Assembly (NCBI RefSeq): GCF_009914755.1
Contig: NC_060929.1
Direction: 5' to 3' (one strand)
Source of the DNA: the human T2T-CHM13v2.0 reference genome, Homo sapiens
DNA: 64,000 nucleotides
A model generated the notes under the pieces. The model made no database searches, was not told where the DNA came from, and saw nothing but the letters and a program-made list of their open reading frames with translations. Both the position numbers and the translations under genes were made by a program. This document shows positions 62,936 to 64,000 of this stretch, one piece after another (the stretch's first letter is position 1; each line of letters opens with the position of its first letter).

Positions 62936-63117
62936 CTCAGTTTTCAGTTCAGAAAGTCACTCCTCAGTCTGATGGCTCCAGTTCAAAAGTGAAAGTCAAA
63001 GTTCGAGTAAATGTCCATGGCATTTTCAGTGTGTCCAGTGCATCTTTAGTGGAGGTTCACAAGTCTGAGGAAAATGAGGAGCCAATGGAAACAGATCAGA
63101 ATGCAAAGGAGGAAGAG
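62936..63117 (+). CDS. HSPA4: HSPA4 exon 12 (gene continues beyond window)
   Basis: ccctag|CT acceptor; (A)[60 protein letters not shown], ending in the start of the Hsp110 acidic loop; 182 nt; GAG|gtaatc donor; cumulative CDS 1560 nt with no stop. Confidence 0.95.
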
Positions 63118-63804
63118 GTAATCTAGACATTGTATACCACTTGTGATGGCCCAGAGGTGACTTGTCTAGAAATTGTAGCAAGCAGACTTGGTGGCAAGGC
63201 CGGAGCATTGTGACAGAGCTGCTGAGTGAGAGTGGGTTTGTATGTTTGCCCTTCCCCCAATATAAGTGAACCAGCAGTAGATTTTTATGCAGAATTTGTA
63301 TAGAAGTGGAACACAAGTTGATTTCTTCTTTCAGATCATACACTTCTCAACTTGAGTTATTCCTGATTCTGGTTGTTGAAGAGTGCTCTGAGTCTCAGTT
63401 AATTATTTTCAAAAGTAGAATTGATTGTACACTCATTTGTTGGAATTATGCACTGGGTCTTGTCTTCATTGTGCATCAGAATCAAAGCTTTACAAAACTA
63501 CAAATTACCTATGATTCCAGCACTTTGGGAGGCTGAGGCAGGAAGATTGCTTGAGCCCAGAAGTTTGAGGCCAGCCTGGGCAACAAAGTGAGACCCTCAT
63601 CTCTACAAAAAGTTAAAAACAACAACAACAACAACAAAAAAACTAGCCAGGTGTGGTGGCACACACCTGTGGTCCCACCTGCATGGGAGGCTGAGGCAGG
63701 AGGATTGCGTGAGCCTAGGAGGTCAAGGCTGCAGTGAGTCCTGTTTGCGCCACTGCACTCTAGCCTATGTGTCAGAGTGTGACCCTGCCTCAAGGAAAAC
63801 AAAA

Positions 63805-63924
63805 CTACAAATGCTTGGGTTTCATCCCCACAGATTTTACTGAAGTTGGTCTGAGCTGAGGTAGCAGTAGTTTTAAAAGCCTCTCAGGTCATTCTAATAT
63901 GTTGCAGGCATTGAGAAGCCACTG
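63805..63924. mobile_element. MER5-like fragment
   Basis: ccccacagattt...ttttaaaagcctctcaggtcattctaatatg...ttgagaagccactg. Confidence 0.55.
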
Positions 63925-64000
63925 GTTCAGGCTCTCCACAAACCTTCTTTCATTGTTATTTTTAGGCTTTGTAATTTTAACGTGTTCGCCTCCCCGAGCA

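Overview
Primate (very probably human) genomic DNA that is extremely Alu-dense. About 23 kb of repeat-dominated intergenic sequence (Alu, L1/L2/MIR remnants, an MLT2A LTR, and a complete LTR12/ERV9 solo LTR inserted into an Alu) precedes a CpG-island promoter and the first 12 coding exons of HSPA4 (Hsp110/Apg-2) on the + strand. The exons join with GT-AG boundaries into an open frame of 1560 nt (520 codons) from ATG 23993 to 63117, and the gene continues past the window. Nearly all ORFs in the supplied track are Alu or L1 artefacts. I see no clearly novel protein-coding system. The best hypotheses are regulatory: a sense-oriented LTR12 promoter with a mutated poly(A) signal 3.5 kb upstream of HSPA4, an 801-nt stop-free exon 2-7 unit bracketed by inverted Alus (possible rolling-circle circRNA), a candidate 16-nt poison microexon before exon 7, and a reconstituted 5' splice site at the exon 2/3 junction. 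Repeat boundaries and subfamily names were read by eye and are approximate.
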